Positions 52,101 to 64,000 of a stretch of DNA of 64,000 bases are shown here, one piece after another. The DNA lies in NCBI RefSeq assembly GCF_009914755.1, contig NC_060925.1, one strand, 5' to 3'. The notes under the pieces are model-generated. The model did not search any database. It was not told the origin of the DNA and saw nothing but the letters and a program-made list of their open reading frames with translations. Position 1 is the stretch's first letter. The number at the start of each line of letters is the position of its first letter. Both the position numbers and the translations under genes were made by a program. Source of the stretch: the human T2T-CHM13v2.0 reference genome, Homo sapiens.

Positions 52101-55100
52101 CCTCAAAGAGGTCTGAATATCCAGTTGCAGACTTTACAAACAGAGTGTTTCCTAACGGCTCTATGAAAAGAAAAGTTAAACTCTGTGAGTTGAACGCACA
52201 CATCACAAAGGAGTTTCTGAGAATCGTTCTGTCTAGTTTCTATAGGAAGATATTTCCTATTCTACCATTGACTTCAAGGCGGCTGAAATCTCCACTTGCA
52301 AATTCCACAAAAAGAATGTTTCAAGTCTGCTCTGTGTAAAGGATCGTTCAACTCTGTGAGTTGAATACACACAACACAAGGAAGTTACTGAGAATTCTTC
52401 TGTCTAGCATAATATGAAGAAATCCCGTTTCCAACGAAGGCCTCAAAGAGGTCTGAATATCCACTTGCAGACTTTACAAACAGAGTGTTTCCTAACTGCT
52501 CTATGAAAAGAAAAGTTAAACTTTGTGAGTTGAACGCACACATCACAAAGGAGTTTATGAGAATCATTCTGTCTAGTCTTTATATGAAGATAGTTTCCTT
52601 TTCTACCATTGACCTCAAAGCGGCTGAAATCTCCACTTGCAAATTCCACAAAAAGAGTGTTTCAAGTCTGCTCTGTGTAAAGGATCGTTCAACTCTGTGA
52701 GTTGAATAAACACAACACAAGGAAGTTACTGAGAATTCTTCTGTCTAGCAGAATATGAAGAAATCCCGTTTCCAACGAAGGCCTCTAGGAGGTCTGAATA
52801 TCCACTTGCAGACTTTACAAACAGAGTGTTTCCTAACTGCTCTATGAACAGAAAGGTTAAACTCTGTGAGTTGAACGAACACATCACAACGCAGTTTGTG
52901 GGAATGATTCTGTCTAGTTTTGAAACGAAGATATTTCCTTTTCTGCCGTTGACCTTAAAGCGCTTGAAATCTACACTTGCAAATTGCACAAATAGAGTGT
53001 TTCAAATCTGCTCTGTCTAAGGGAACGTTCAACTCTGTGAGTTGAATGCACACAACACAAGGAAGTTACTGGGAATTCTTCTGTCTAGCCTTACATGAAA
53101 AAAACCCGTTTCCAACGAAGGCCTCTAAGTGGTCAAAATATCCACGTGCAGACTTTACAAACAGAGTGTTTCCAAACCGCTGAATGAAAAGAAAAGTTAA
53201 ACTCTGAGAGTTGAACGCACACATCACGCAGCAGTTTCTGAGAATGATTCTGTCTAGTTTTTATACGAAGATATTTCCTTTTCTGCCTTTGGCCCCAAAG
53301 CGCTTGAAATCTCCAATTGCAAATTCCACAAAACCAGTGTTTCAAATCTGCTCTCTCTAAATGAAAGTTCAACTCTGTCAGTTGAATACACACAACACAA
53401 GGAAGTTACTGAGAATTCTTCTGTCTAGCATAATATGAAGAAATCCCGTTTCCAACGAAGGCCTCAAAGGGGTCTGAATATCCACTTGCAGACTTTATAA
53501 ACAGAGTGTTTACTAACTGCTCTATGAAAAGAAAGGTTAAACTCTGTGAGTTGAACACACACATCACAAAGGAGTTTCTGAGAATCATTCTGTCTAGTTT
53601 TTTTACGGAGATATTTCCTTTTCTACTATTGACCTCAAAGCGGCTGAAATCTCCACTTGCAAATTCCACAAAAAGAGTGTTTCAAGTCTGCTCTGTGTAA
53701 AGGATCGTTCAGCTCTGTGAGTTGAATACACACAACACAAGGAAGTTACTGAGAATTCTTCTGTCTAGCAGAATATGAAGAAATCCCGTTTACAACGAAG
53801 GCCTCAAAGAGGTCTGAATATCCACTTGCAGACTTTACAAACAGAGTGTTTCCTAACTGCTCTATGAAAAGAAAGGTTAAACTCTGTGAGTTGAACGCAC
53901 ACATCACAAAGGAGTTTCTGAGAATCGTTCTGTCTAGTTTCTATAGGAAGATATTTCCTATTCTACCATTGACCTCAAAGCGGCTGAAATCTCCACTTGC
54001 AAATTCCACAAAAAGAATGTTTCAAGTCTGCTCTGTGTAAAGGATCGTTCAACTCTGTGAGTTGAATACACACAACACAAGGAAGTTACTGAGAATTCTT
54101 CTGTCTAGCATAATATGAAGAAATCCCGTTTCCAACGAAGGCCTCTAGGAGGTCTGAATATCCACTTGCAGACTTTACAAACAGAGTGTTTCCTAACTGC
54201 TCTATGAACAGAAAGGTTAAACTCTGTGAGTTGAACGAACACATCACAACGCAGTTTGTGGGAATGATTCTGTCTAGTTTTGAAACGAAGATATTTCCTT
54301 TTCTGCCGTTGACCTTAAAGAGCTTGAAAACTACACTTGCAAATTGCACAAATAGAGTGTTTCAAATCTGCTCTGTCTAAGGGAACGTTCAACTCTGTGA
54401 GTTGAATGCACACAACACAAGGAAGTTACTGGGAATTCTTCTGTCTAGCCTTACATGAAAAAAACCCGTTTCCAACGAAGGCCTCTAAGTGGTCAAAATT
54501 TCCACGTGCAGACTTTACAAACAGAGTGTTTCCAAACCGCTGAATGAAAAGAAAAGTTAAACTCTGAGAGTTGAACGCACACATCACGCAGCAGTTTCTG
54601 AGAATGATTCTGTCTAGTTTTTATACGAAGATATTTCCTTTTCTGCCTTTGGCCCCAAAGCTCTTGAAATCTCCACTTGCAAATTCCACAAAAACAGTGT
54701 TTCAAATCTGCTCTCTCTAAATGAAAGTTCAACTCTGTCAGTTGAATACACACAACACAAGGAAGTTACTGAGAATTCTTCTGTCTAGCAGAATATGAAG
54801 AAATCCCGTTTCCAACGAAGGCCTCAAAGGGGTCTGAATATCCACATGCAGACTTTATAAACAGAGTGTTTACTAACTGCTCTATGAAAAGAAAGGTTAA
54901 ACTCTGTGAGTTGAACACACACATCACAAAGGAGTTTCTGAGAATCATTCTGTCTAGTTTTTCTACGAAGATATTTCCTTTTCTACTATTGACCTCAAAG
55001 CGGCTGAAATCTCCACTTGCAAATTCCACAAAAAGAGTGTTTCAAGTCTGCTCTGTGTAAAGGATCGTTCAACTCTGTGAGTTGAATACACACAACACAA

Positions 55101-58100
55101 GGAAGTTACTGAGAATTCTTCTGTCTAGCAGAATATGAAGAAATCCCTTTTCCAACGAAGGCCTCAAAGAGATCTGAATATCCACTTGCAGACTTTACAA
55201 ACAGAGTCTTTCCTAACTGCTCTATGAAAAGAAAGGTTAAACTCTGTGAGTTGAACGCACACATCACAAAGGAGTTTCTGAGAATCGTTCTGTCTAGTTT
55301 CTATAGGAAGATATTTCCTATTCTACCATTGACCTCAAAGCGGCTGAAATCTCCACTTGCAAATTCCACAAAAAGAATGTTTCAAGTCTGCTCTGTGTAA
55401 AGGATCGTTCAACTCTGTGAGTTGAATACACACAACACAAGGAAGTTACTGAGAATTCTTCTGTCTAGCAGAATATGAAGAAATCCCGTTTCCAACGAAG
55501 GCCTCAAAGAGGTCTGAATATCCACTTGCAGACTTTACAAACAGAGTGTTTCCTAACTGCTCTATGAAAAGAAAAGTTAAACTCTGTGAGATGAACGCAC
55601 ACATCACAAAGGAGTTTCTGAGAATCGTTGTGTCTAGTTTCTATAGGAAGATATTTCCTATTCTACCGTTGACCTCAAAGCGGCTGAAATCTCCACTTGC
55701 AAATTCCACAAAAAGAATGTTTCAAGTCTGCTCTGTGTAAAGGATCGTTCAACTCTGTGAGTTGAATACACACAACACAAGGAAGTTACTGAGAATTCTT
55801 CTGTCTAGCAGAATATGAAGAAATCCCGTTTCCAACGAAGGCCTCAAAGAGGTCTGAATATCCACTTGCAGACTTTACAAACAGAGTGTTTCCTAACTGC
55901 TCTATGAAAAGAAAAGTTAAATTCTGTGAGTTTAACGCACACATCACAAAGGAGTTTATGAGAATCATTCTGTCTAGTCTTTATACGAAGATATTTCCTT
56001 TTCTACCATTGACCTCAAAGCGGCTGAAATCTCCACTTGCAAATTCCACAAAAAGAGTGTTTCAAGTCTGCTCTGTGTAAAGGATCGTTCAACTCTGTGA
56101 GTTGAATAAACACAACACAAGGAAGTTACTGAGAATTCTTCTGTCTAGCAGAATATGAAGAAATCCCGTTTCCAACGAAGGCCTCTAGGAGGTCTGAATA
56201 TCCACTTGCAGACTTTACAAACAGAGTGTTTCCTAACTGCTCTATGAACAGAAAGGTTAAACTCTGTGAGTTGAACGGACACATCACAACGCAGTTTGTG
56301 GGAATGATTCTGTCTAGTTTTGAAACGAAGATATTTCCTTTTCTGCCGTTGACCTTAAAGCGCTTGAAATCTACACTTGCAAATTGCACAAATAGAGTGT
56401 TTCAAATCTGCTCTGTCTAAGGGAACGTTCAACTCTGTGAGTTGAATGCACACAACACAAGGAAGTTACTGGGAATTCTTCTGTCTAGCCTTACATGAAA
56501 AAAACCCGTTTCCAACGAAGGCCTCTAAGTGGTCAAAATATCCACGTGCAGACTTTACAAACAGAGTGTTTCCAAACCGCTGAATGAAAAGAAAAGTTAA
56601 ACTCTGAGAGTTGAACGCACACATCACGCAGCAGTTTCTGAGAATGATTCTGTCTAGTTTTTATACGAAGATATTTCCTTTTCTGCCTTTGGCCCCAAAG
56701 CGCTTGAAATCTCCACTTGCAAATTCCACAAAAACAGTGTTTCAAATCTGCTCTCTCTAAATGAAAGTTCAACTCTGTCAGTTGAATACACACAACACAA
56801 GGAAGTTACTGAGAATTCTTCTGTCTAGCATAATATGAAGAAATCCCGTTTCCAACGAAGGCCTCAAAGGGGTCTGAATATCCACTTGCAGACTTTATAA
56901 ACAGAGTGTTTACTAACTGCTCTATGAAAAGAAAGGTTAAACTCTGTGAGTTGAACACACACATCACAAAGGAGTTTCTGAGAATCATTCTGTCTAGTTT
57001 TTCTACGAAGATATTTCCTTTTCTACTATTGACCTCAAAGCGGCTGAAATCTCCACTTGCAAATTCCACAAAAAGAGTGTTTCAAGTCTGCTCTGTGTAA
57101 AGGATCGTTCAGCTCTGTGAGTTGAATACACACAACACAAGGAAGTTACTGAGAATTCTTCTGTCTAGCAGAATATGAAGAAATCCCGTTTCCAACGAAG
57201 GCCTCAAAGAGGTCTGAATATCCACTTGCAGACTTTACAAACAGAGTGTTTCCTAACTGCTCTATGAAAAGAAAGGTTAAACTCTGTGAGTTGAACGCAC
57301 ACATCACAAAGGAGTTTCTGAGAATCGTTCTGTCTAGTTTCTATAGGAAGATATTTCCTATTCTACCATTGACCTCAAAGCGGCTGAAATCTCCACTTGC
57401 AAATTCCACAAAAAGAATGTTTCAAGTCTGCTCTGTGTAAAGGATCGTTCAACTCTGTGAGTTGAATACACACAACACAAGGAAGTTACTGAGATTTCTT
57501 CTGTCTAGCAGAATATGAAGAAATCCCGTTTCCAACGAAGGCCACAAGATGTCAGAATATCCACTTACAGACTTTACAAACAGAGTGTTTCCTAACTGCT
57601 CTATGAACAGAAAGGTTAAACTCTGTGAGTTGAACGAACACATCACAACGCAGTTTGTGGGAATGATTCTGTCTAGTTTTGAAACGAAGATATTTCCTTT
57701 TCTGCCGTTGACCTTAAAGAGCTTGAAAACTACACTTGCAAATTGCACAAATAGAGTGTTTCAAATCTGCTCTGTCTAAGGGAACGTTCAACTCTGTGAG
57801 TTGAATGCACACAACACAAGGAAGTTACTGGGAATTCTTCTGTCTAGCCTTACATGAAAAAAACCCGTTTCCAACGAAGGCCTCTAAGTGGTCAAAATTT
57901 CCACGTGCAGACTTTACAAACAGAGTGTTTCCAAACCGCTGAATGAAAAGAAAAGTTAAACTCTGAGAGTTGAACGCACACATCACGCAGCAGTTTCTGA
58001 GAATGATTCTGTCTAGTTTTTATACGAAGATATTTCCTTTTCTGCCTTTGGCCCCAAAGCGCTTGAAATCTCCACTTGCAAATTCCACAAAAACAGTGTT

Positions 58101-61100
58101 TCAAATCTGCTCTCTCTAAATGAAAGTTCAACTCTGTCAGTTGAATACACACAACACAAGGAAGTTACTGAGAATTCTTCTGTCTAGCAGAATATGAAGA
58201 AATCCCGTTTCCAACGAAGGCCTCAAAGGGGTCTGAATATCCACATGCAGACTTTATAAACAGAGTGTTTACTAACTGCTCTATGAAAAGAAAGGTTAAA
58301 CTCTGTGAGTTGAACACACACATCACAAAGGAGTTTCTGAGAATCATTCTGTCTAGTTTTTCTACGAAGATATTTCCTTTTCTACTATTGACCTCAAAGC
58401 GGCTGAAATCTCCACTTGCAAATTCCACAAAAAGAGTGTTTCAAGTCTGCTCTGTGTAAAGGATCGTTCAACTCTGTGAGTTGAATACACACAACACAAG
58501 GAAGTTACTGAGAATTCTTCTGTCTAGCAGAATATGAAGAAATCCCGTTTCCAACGAAGGCCTCAAAGAGATCAGAATATCCACTTGCAGACTTTACAAA
58601 CAGAGTCTTTCCTAACTGCTCTATGAAAAGAAAGGTTAAACTCTGTGAGTTGAACGCACACATCACAAAGGAGTTTCTGAGAATCGTTCTGTCTAGTTTC
58701 TATAGGAAGATATTTCCTATTCTACCATTGACCTCAAAGCGGCTGAAATCTCCACTTGCAAATTCCACAAAAAGAATGTTTCAAGTCTGCTCTGTGTAAA
58801 GGATCGTTCAATTCTGTGAGTTGAATACACACAACACGAGGAAGTTACTGAGAATTCTTCTGTCTAGCATAATATGAAGAAATCCCGTTTCCAACGAAGG
58901 CCTCTAAGGGGTCTGAATATCCACTTGCAGACTTTACAAACAGAGTGTTTCCTAACGGCTCTATGAAAAGAAAAGTTAAACTCTGTGAGATGAACGCACA
59001 CATCACAAAGGAGTTTCTGAGAATCATTCTCTCTAGTCTTTATACGAAGATATTTCCTTTTCTACCATTGACCTCAAAGCGGCTGAAATCTCCACTTGCA
59101 AATTCCACAAAAAGAGTGTTTCAAGTCTGCTCTGTGTAAAGGATCGTTCAACTCTGTGAGTTGAATACACACAACACAAGGAAGTTACTGAGAATTCTTC
59201 TGTCTAGCAGAATATGAAGAAATCCCGTTTCCAACGAAGGCCTCAAAGAGGTCTGAATATCCACTTGCAGACTTTACAAACAGAGTGTTTCCTAACTGCT
59301 CTATGAAAAGAAAGGTTAAACTCTGTGAGTTGAACGCACACATCACAAAGGAGTTTCTGAGAATCGTTCTGTCTAGTTTCTATAGGAAGATATTTCCTAT
59401 TCTACCATTGACCTCAAAGCGGCTGAAATCTCCACTTGCAAATTCCACAAAAAGAATGTTTCAAGTCTGCTCTGTGTAAAGGATCGTTCAACTCTGTGAG
59501 TTGAATACACACAACACAAGGAAGTTACTGAGAAATCTTCTGTCTAGCAGAATATGAAGAAATCCCGTTTCCAACGAAGGCCACAAGATGTCAGAATATC
59601 CACTTACAGACTTTACAAACAGAGTGTTTCCTAACTGCTCTATGAACAGAAAGGTTAAACTCTGTGAGTTGAACGAACACATCACAACGCAGTTTGTGGG
59701 AATGATTCTGTCTAGTTTTGAAACGAAGATATTTCCTTTTCTGCCGTTGACCTTAAAGAGCTTGAAAACTACACTTGCAAATTGCACAAATAGAGTGTTT
59801 CAAATCTGCTCTGTCTAAGGGAACGTTCAACTCTGTGAGTTGAATGCACACAACACAAGGAAGTTACTGGGAATTCTTCTGTCTAGCCTTACATGAAAAA
59901 AACCCGTTTCCAACGAAGGCCTCTAAGTGGTCAAAATTTCCACGTGCAGACTTTACAAACAGAGTGTTTCCAAACCGCTGAATGAAAAGAAAAGTTAAAC
60001 TCTGAGAGTTGAACGCACACATCACGCAGCAGTTTCTGAGAATGATTCTGTCTAGTTTTTATACGAAGATATTTCCTTTTCTGCCTTTGGCCCCAAAGCG
60101 CTTGAAATCTCCACTTGCAAATTCCACAAAAACAGTGTTTCAAATCTGCTCTCTCTAAATGAAAGTTCAACTCTGTCAGTTGAATACACACAACACAAGG
60201 AAGTTACTGAGAATTCTTCTGTCTAGCAGAATATGAAGAAATCCCGTTATCAACGAAGGCCTCAAAGGGGTCTGAATATCCACATGCAGACTTTATAAAC
60301 AGAGTGTTTACTAACTGCTCTATGAAAAGAAAGGTTAAACTCTGTGAGTTGAACACACACATCACAAAGGAGTTTCTGAGAATCATTCTGTCTAGTTTTT
60401 CTACGAAGATATTTCCTTTTCTACTATTGACCTCAAAGCGGCTGAAATCTCCACTTGCAAATTCCACAAAAAGAGTGTTTCAAGTCTGCTCTGTGTAAAG
60501 GATCGTTCAACTCTGTGAGTTGAATACACACAACACAAGGAAGTTACTGAGAATTCTTCTGTCTAGCAGAATATGAAGAAACCCCGTTTCCAACGAAGGC
60601 CTCAAAGAGATCTGAATATACACTTGCAGACTTTACAAACAGAGTCTTTCCTAACTGCTCTATGAAAAGAAAGGTTAAACTCTGTGAGTTGAACGCACAC
60701 ATCACAAAGGAGTTTCTGAGAATCGTTCTGTCTAGTTTCTATAGGAAGATATTTCCTATTCTACCATTGACCTCAAAGCGGCTGAAATCTCCACTTGCAA
60801 ATTCCACAAAAAGAATGTTTCAAGTCTGCTCTGTGTAAAGGATCGTTCAACTCTGTGAGTTGAATACACACAACACAAGGAAGTTACTGAGAATTCTTCT
60901 GTCTAGCATAATATGAAGAAATCCCGTTTCCAACGAAGGCCTCAAAGAGGTCTGAATATCCACTTGCAGACTTTACAAACAGAGTGTTTCCTAACGGCTC
61001 TATGAAAAGAAAAGTTAAACTCTGTGAGATGAACGCACACATCACAAAGGAGTTTCTGAGAATCATTCTCTCTAGTCTTTATACGAAGATATTTCCTTTT

Positions 61101-64000
61101 CTACCATTGACCTCAAAGCGGCTGAAATCTCCACTTGCAAATTCCACAAAAAGAGTGTTTCAAGTCTGCTCTGTGTAAAGGATCGTTCAACTCTGTGAGT
61201 TGAATACACACAACATAAGGAAGTTACTGAGAATTCTTCTGTCTAGCAGAATAGGAAGAAATCCCGTTTCCAACGAAGGCCTCAAAGAGGTCTGAATATC
61301 CAGTTGCAGACTTTACAAACAGAGTGTTTCCTAACGGCTCTATGAAAAGAAAAGTTAAACTCTGTGAGTTGAACGCACACATCACAAAGGAGTTTCTGAG
61401 AATCGTTCTGTCTAGTTTCTATAGGAAGATATTTCCTATTCTACCATTGACTTCAAGGCGGCTGAAATCTCCACTTGCAAATTCCACAAAAAGAATGTTT
61501 CAAGTCTGCTCTGTGTAAAGGATCGTTCAACTCTGTGAGTTGAATACACACAACACAAGGAAGTTACTGAGAATTCTTCTGTCTAGCATAATATGAAGAA
61601 ATCCCGTTTCCAACGAAGGCCTCAAAGAGGTCTGAATATCCACTTGCAGACTTTACAAACAGAGTGTTTCCTAACTGCTCTATGAAAAGAAAAGTTAAAC
61701 TTTGTGAGTTGAACGCACACATCACAAAGGAGTTTATGAGAATCATTCTGTCTAGTCTTTATATGAAGATAGTTTCCTTTTCTACCATTGACCTCAAAGC
61801 GGCTGAAATCTCCACTTGCAAATTCCACAAAAAGAGTGTTTCAAGTCTGCTCTGTGTAAAGGATCGTTCAACTCTGTGAGTTGAATAAACACAACACAAG
61901 GAAGTTACTGAGAATTCTTCTGTCTAGCAGAATATGAAGAAATCCCGTTTCCAACGAAGGCCTCTAGGAGGTCTGAATATCCACTTGCAGACTTTACAAA
62001 CAGAGTGTTTCCTAACTGCTCTATGAACAGAAAGGTTAAACTCTGTGAGTTGAACGAACACATCACAACGCAGTTTGTGGGAATGATTCTGTCTAGTTTT
62101 GAAACGAAGATATTTCCTTTTCTGCCGTTGACCTTAAAGCGCTTGAAATCTACACTTGCAAATTGCACAAATAGAGTGTTTCAAATCTGCTCTGTCTAAG
62201 GGAACGTTCAACTCTGTGAGTTGAATGCACACAACACAAGGAAGTTACTGGGAATTCTTCTGTCTAGCCTTACATGAAAAAAACCCGTTTCCAACGAAGG
62301 CCTCTAAGTGGTCAAAATATCCACGTGCAGACTTTACAAACAGAGTGTTTCCAAACCGCTGAATGAAAAGAAAAGTTAAACTCTGAGAGTTGAACGCACA
62401 CATCACGCAGCAGTTTCTGAGAATGATTCTGTCTAGTTTTTATACGAAGATATTTCCTTTTCTGCCTTTGGCCCCAAAGCGCTTGAAATCTCCAATTGCA
62501 AATTCCACAAAACCAGTGTTTCAAATCTGCTCTCTCTAAATGAAAGTTCAACTCTGTCAGTTGAATACACACAACACAAGGAAGTTACTGAGAATTCTTC
62601 TGTCTAGCATAATATGAAGAAATCCCGTTTCCAACGAAGGCCTCAAAGGGGTCTGAATATCCACTTGCAGACTTTATAAACAGAGTGTTTACTAACTGCT
62701 CTATGAAAAGAAAGGTTAAACTCTGTGAGTTGAACACACACATCACAAAGGAGTTTCTGAGAATCATTCTGTCTAGTTTTTTTACGGAGATATTTCCTTT
62801 TCTACTATTGACCTCAAAGCGGCTGAAATCTCCACTTGCAAATTCCACAAAAAGAGTGTTTCAAGTCTGCTCTGTGTAAAGGATCGTTCAGCTCTGTGAG
62901 TTGAATACACACAACACAAGGAAGTTACTGAGAATTCTTCTGTCTAGCAGAATATGAAGAAATCCCGTTTACAACGAAGGCCTCAAAGAGGTCTGAATAT
63001 CCACTTGCAGACTTTACAAACAGAGTGTTTCCTAACTGCTCTATGAAAAGAAAGGTTAAACTCTGTGAGTTGAACGCACACATCACAAAGGAGTTTCTGA
63101 GAATCGTTCTGTCTAGTTTCTATAGGAAGATATTTCCTATTCTACCATTGACCTCAAAGCGGCTGAAATCTCCACTTGCAAATTCCACAAAAAGAATGTT
63201 TCAAGTCTGCTCTGTGTAAAGGATCGTTCAACTCTGTGAGTTGAATACACACAACACAAGGAAGTTACTGAGAATTCTTCTGTCTAGCATAATATGAAGA
63301 AATCCCGTTTCCAACGAAGGCCTCTAGGAGGTCTGAATATCCACTTGCAGACTTTACAAACAGAGTGTTTCCTAACTGCTCTATGAACAGAAAGGTTAAA
63401 CTCTGTGAGTTGAACGAACACATCACAACGCAGTTTGTGGGAATGATTCTGTCTAGTTTTGAAACGAAGATATTTCCTTTTCTGCCGTTGACCTTAAAGA
63501 GCTTGAAAACTACACTTGCAAATTGCACAAATAGAGTGTTTCAAATCTGCTCTGTCTAAGGGAACGTTCAACTCTGTGAGTTGAATGCACACAACACAAG
63601 GAAGTTACTGGGAATTCTTCTGTCTAGCCTTACATGAAAAAAACCCGTTTCCAACGAAGGCCTCTAAGTGGTCAAAATTTCCACGTGCAGACTTTACAAA
63701 CAGAGTGTTTCCAAACCGCTGAATGAAAAGAAAAGTTAAACTCTGAGAGTTGAACGCACACATCACGCAGCAGTTTCTGAGAATGATTCTGTCTAGTTTT
63801 TATACGAAGATATTTCCTTTTCTGCCTTTGGCCCCAAAGCTCTTGAAATCTCCACTTGCAAATTCCACAAAAACAGTGTTTCAAATCTGCTCTCTCTAAA
63901 TGAAAGTTCAACTCTGTCAGTTGAATACACACAACACAAGGAAGTTACTGAGAATTCTTCTGTCTAGCAGAATATGAAGAAATCCCGTTTCCAACGAAGG
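46199..64000. repeat. Tandem duplication of a 9,179-bp (27-dimer) block: copy 1 46199-55377, copy 2 55378 to the window end
   Basis: Private variants recur at a constant 9179 offset (ORFs 46367/55546, 47047/56226, 51025/60204, 53133/62312, 54493/63672). The last upstream mismatch is 46198 vs 55377. Confidence 0.93.

Larger units (their letters stand above)
1..64000 (-). repeat. Centromeric alpha satellite higher-order-repeat array, SF1 dimeric (J1/J2), ~188 x 340-bp dimers
   Basis: A 340-bp period runs through the whole window (ORF starts 494, 834, 1514, 1854, 2194...). Each unit holds two related ~170-bp monomers, and hallmark alphoid motifs are present (AACTCTGTGAGTTGAA, TTCTGTCTAG, CCACTTGCA). 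The CENP-B box reads CTTCGTTGGAAACGGGA on the minus strand. Confidence 0.99.
1..64000 (-). repeat. Probable D1Z7/D5Z2/D19Z3 (S1C1/5/19H1L) active HOR family; the chromosome cannot be resolved
   Basis: A 340-bp EcoRI dimer, a CENP-B box in every second monomer, high inter-dimer identity, and a small set of distinctive monomers separated by a variable number of near-identical dimers. This matches my recollection of the chr1/5/19 family and was not verified by alignment. Confidence 0.75.

Noticed and set aside
121-63932. Hundreds of 60-105 aa ORFs (MFPNCSMKRK..., MILRNSFV..., MCIQLTEL...)
   Set aside because: They recur with the 340-bp period, overlap on both strands, often start at GTG/TTG, and are opened or closed at random by SNPs and indels. 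They are satellite translation artefacts, not genes.
1-64000. CRISPR-like or other repeat-spacer system
   Set aside because: There are no unique spacers, the sequence between motifs is itself repeated, and there are no cas or other genes.
1-64000. Embedded L1/Alu/LTR insertion, inversion or non-alphoid island
   Set aside because: The 340-bp register and orientation hold throughout, with only 1-4 bp indels. I saw no poly(A) tail, target-site duplication or reversed CENP-B box.
1-64000. Synthetic alphoid array (human artificial chromosome, tetO/lacO type)
   Set aside because: No operator or vector sequence is present, and the hierarchical natural variation is unlike a cloned, amplified unit.
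1-64000. Assignment to one specific chromosome (1, 5 or 19)
   Set aside because: These arrays share monomer types, so they cannot be separated without alignment to reference assemblies.

Overview
The entire 64 kb is one uninterrupted, single-orientation array of primate (human-type) centromeric alpha satellite: about 376 monomers of ~170 bp, arranged as ~188 340-bp dimers. One monomer of each dimer carries a CENP-B box (TCCCGTTTCCAACGAAG on +) and usually an EcoRI site; the other carries a pJalpha/A-box-type motif. This is the suprachromosomal family 1 (J1/J2) layout, most like the active HOR shared by chr1/5/19 (D1Z7/D5Z2/D19Z3); that assignment is from recall, not from a search. I found no genes, RNA genes, transposons, CRISPR arrays or inversions, and every ORF in the track is a by-product of the repeat. 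I do not see a new gene system. The real structure is in the array. A distinctive marker dimer recurs 31 times at variable spacing (4-10 dimers, once 16). Nested duplications have offsets of 1.7, 2.0, 2.7, 3.7, 5.1, 9.2 and 11.2/11.9 kb, several recombination junctions map to 12-40 bp, two 4-bp deletions tag local lineages, and a block with mostly disrupted CENP-B boxes is present in three copies. All comparisons were made by eye and from ORF-track offsets.
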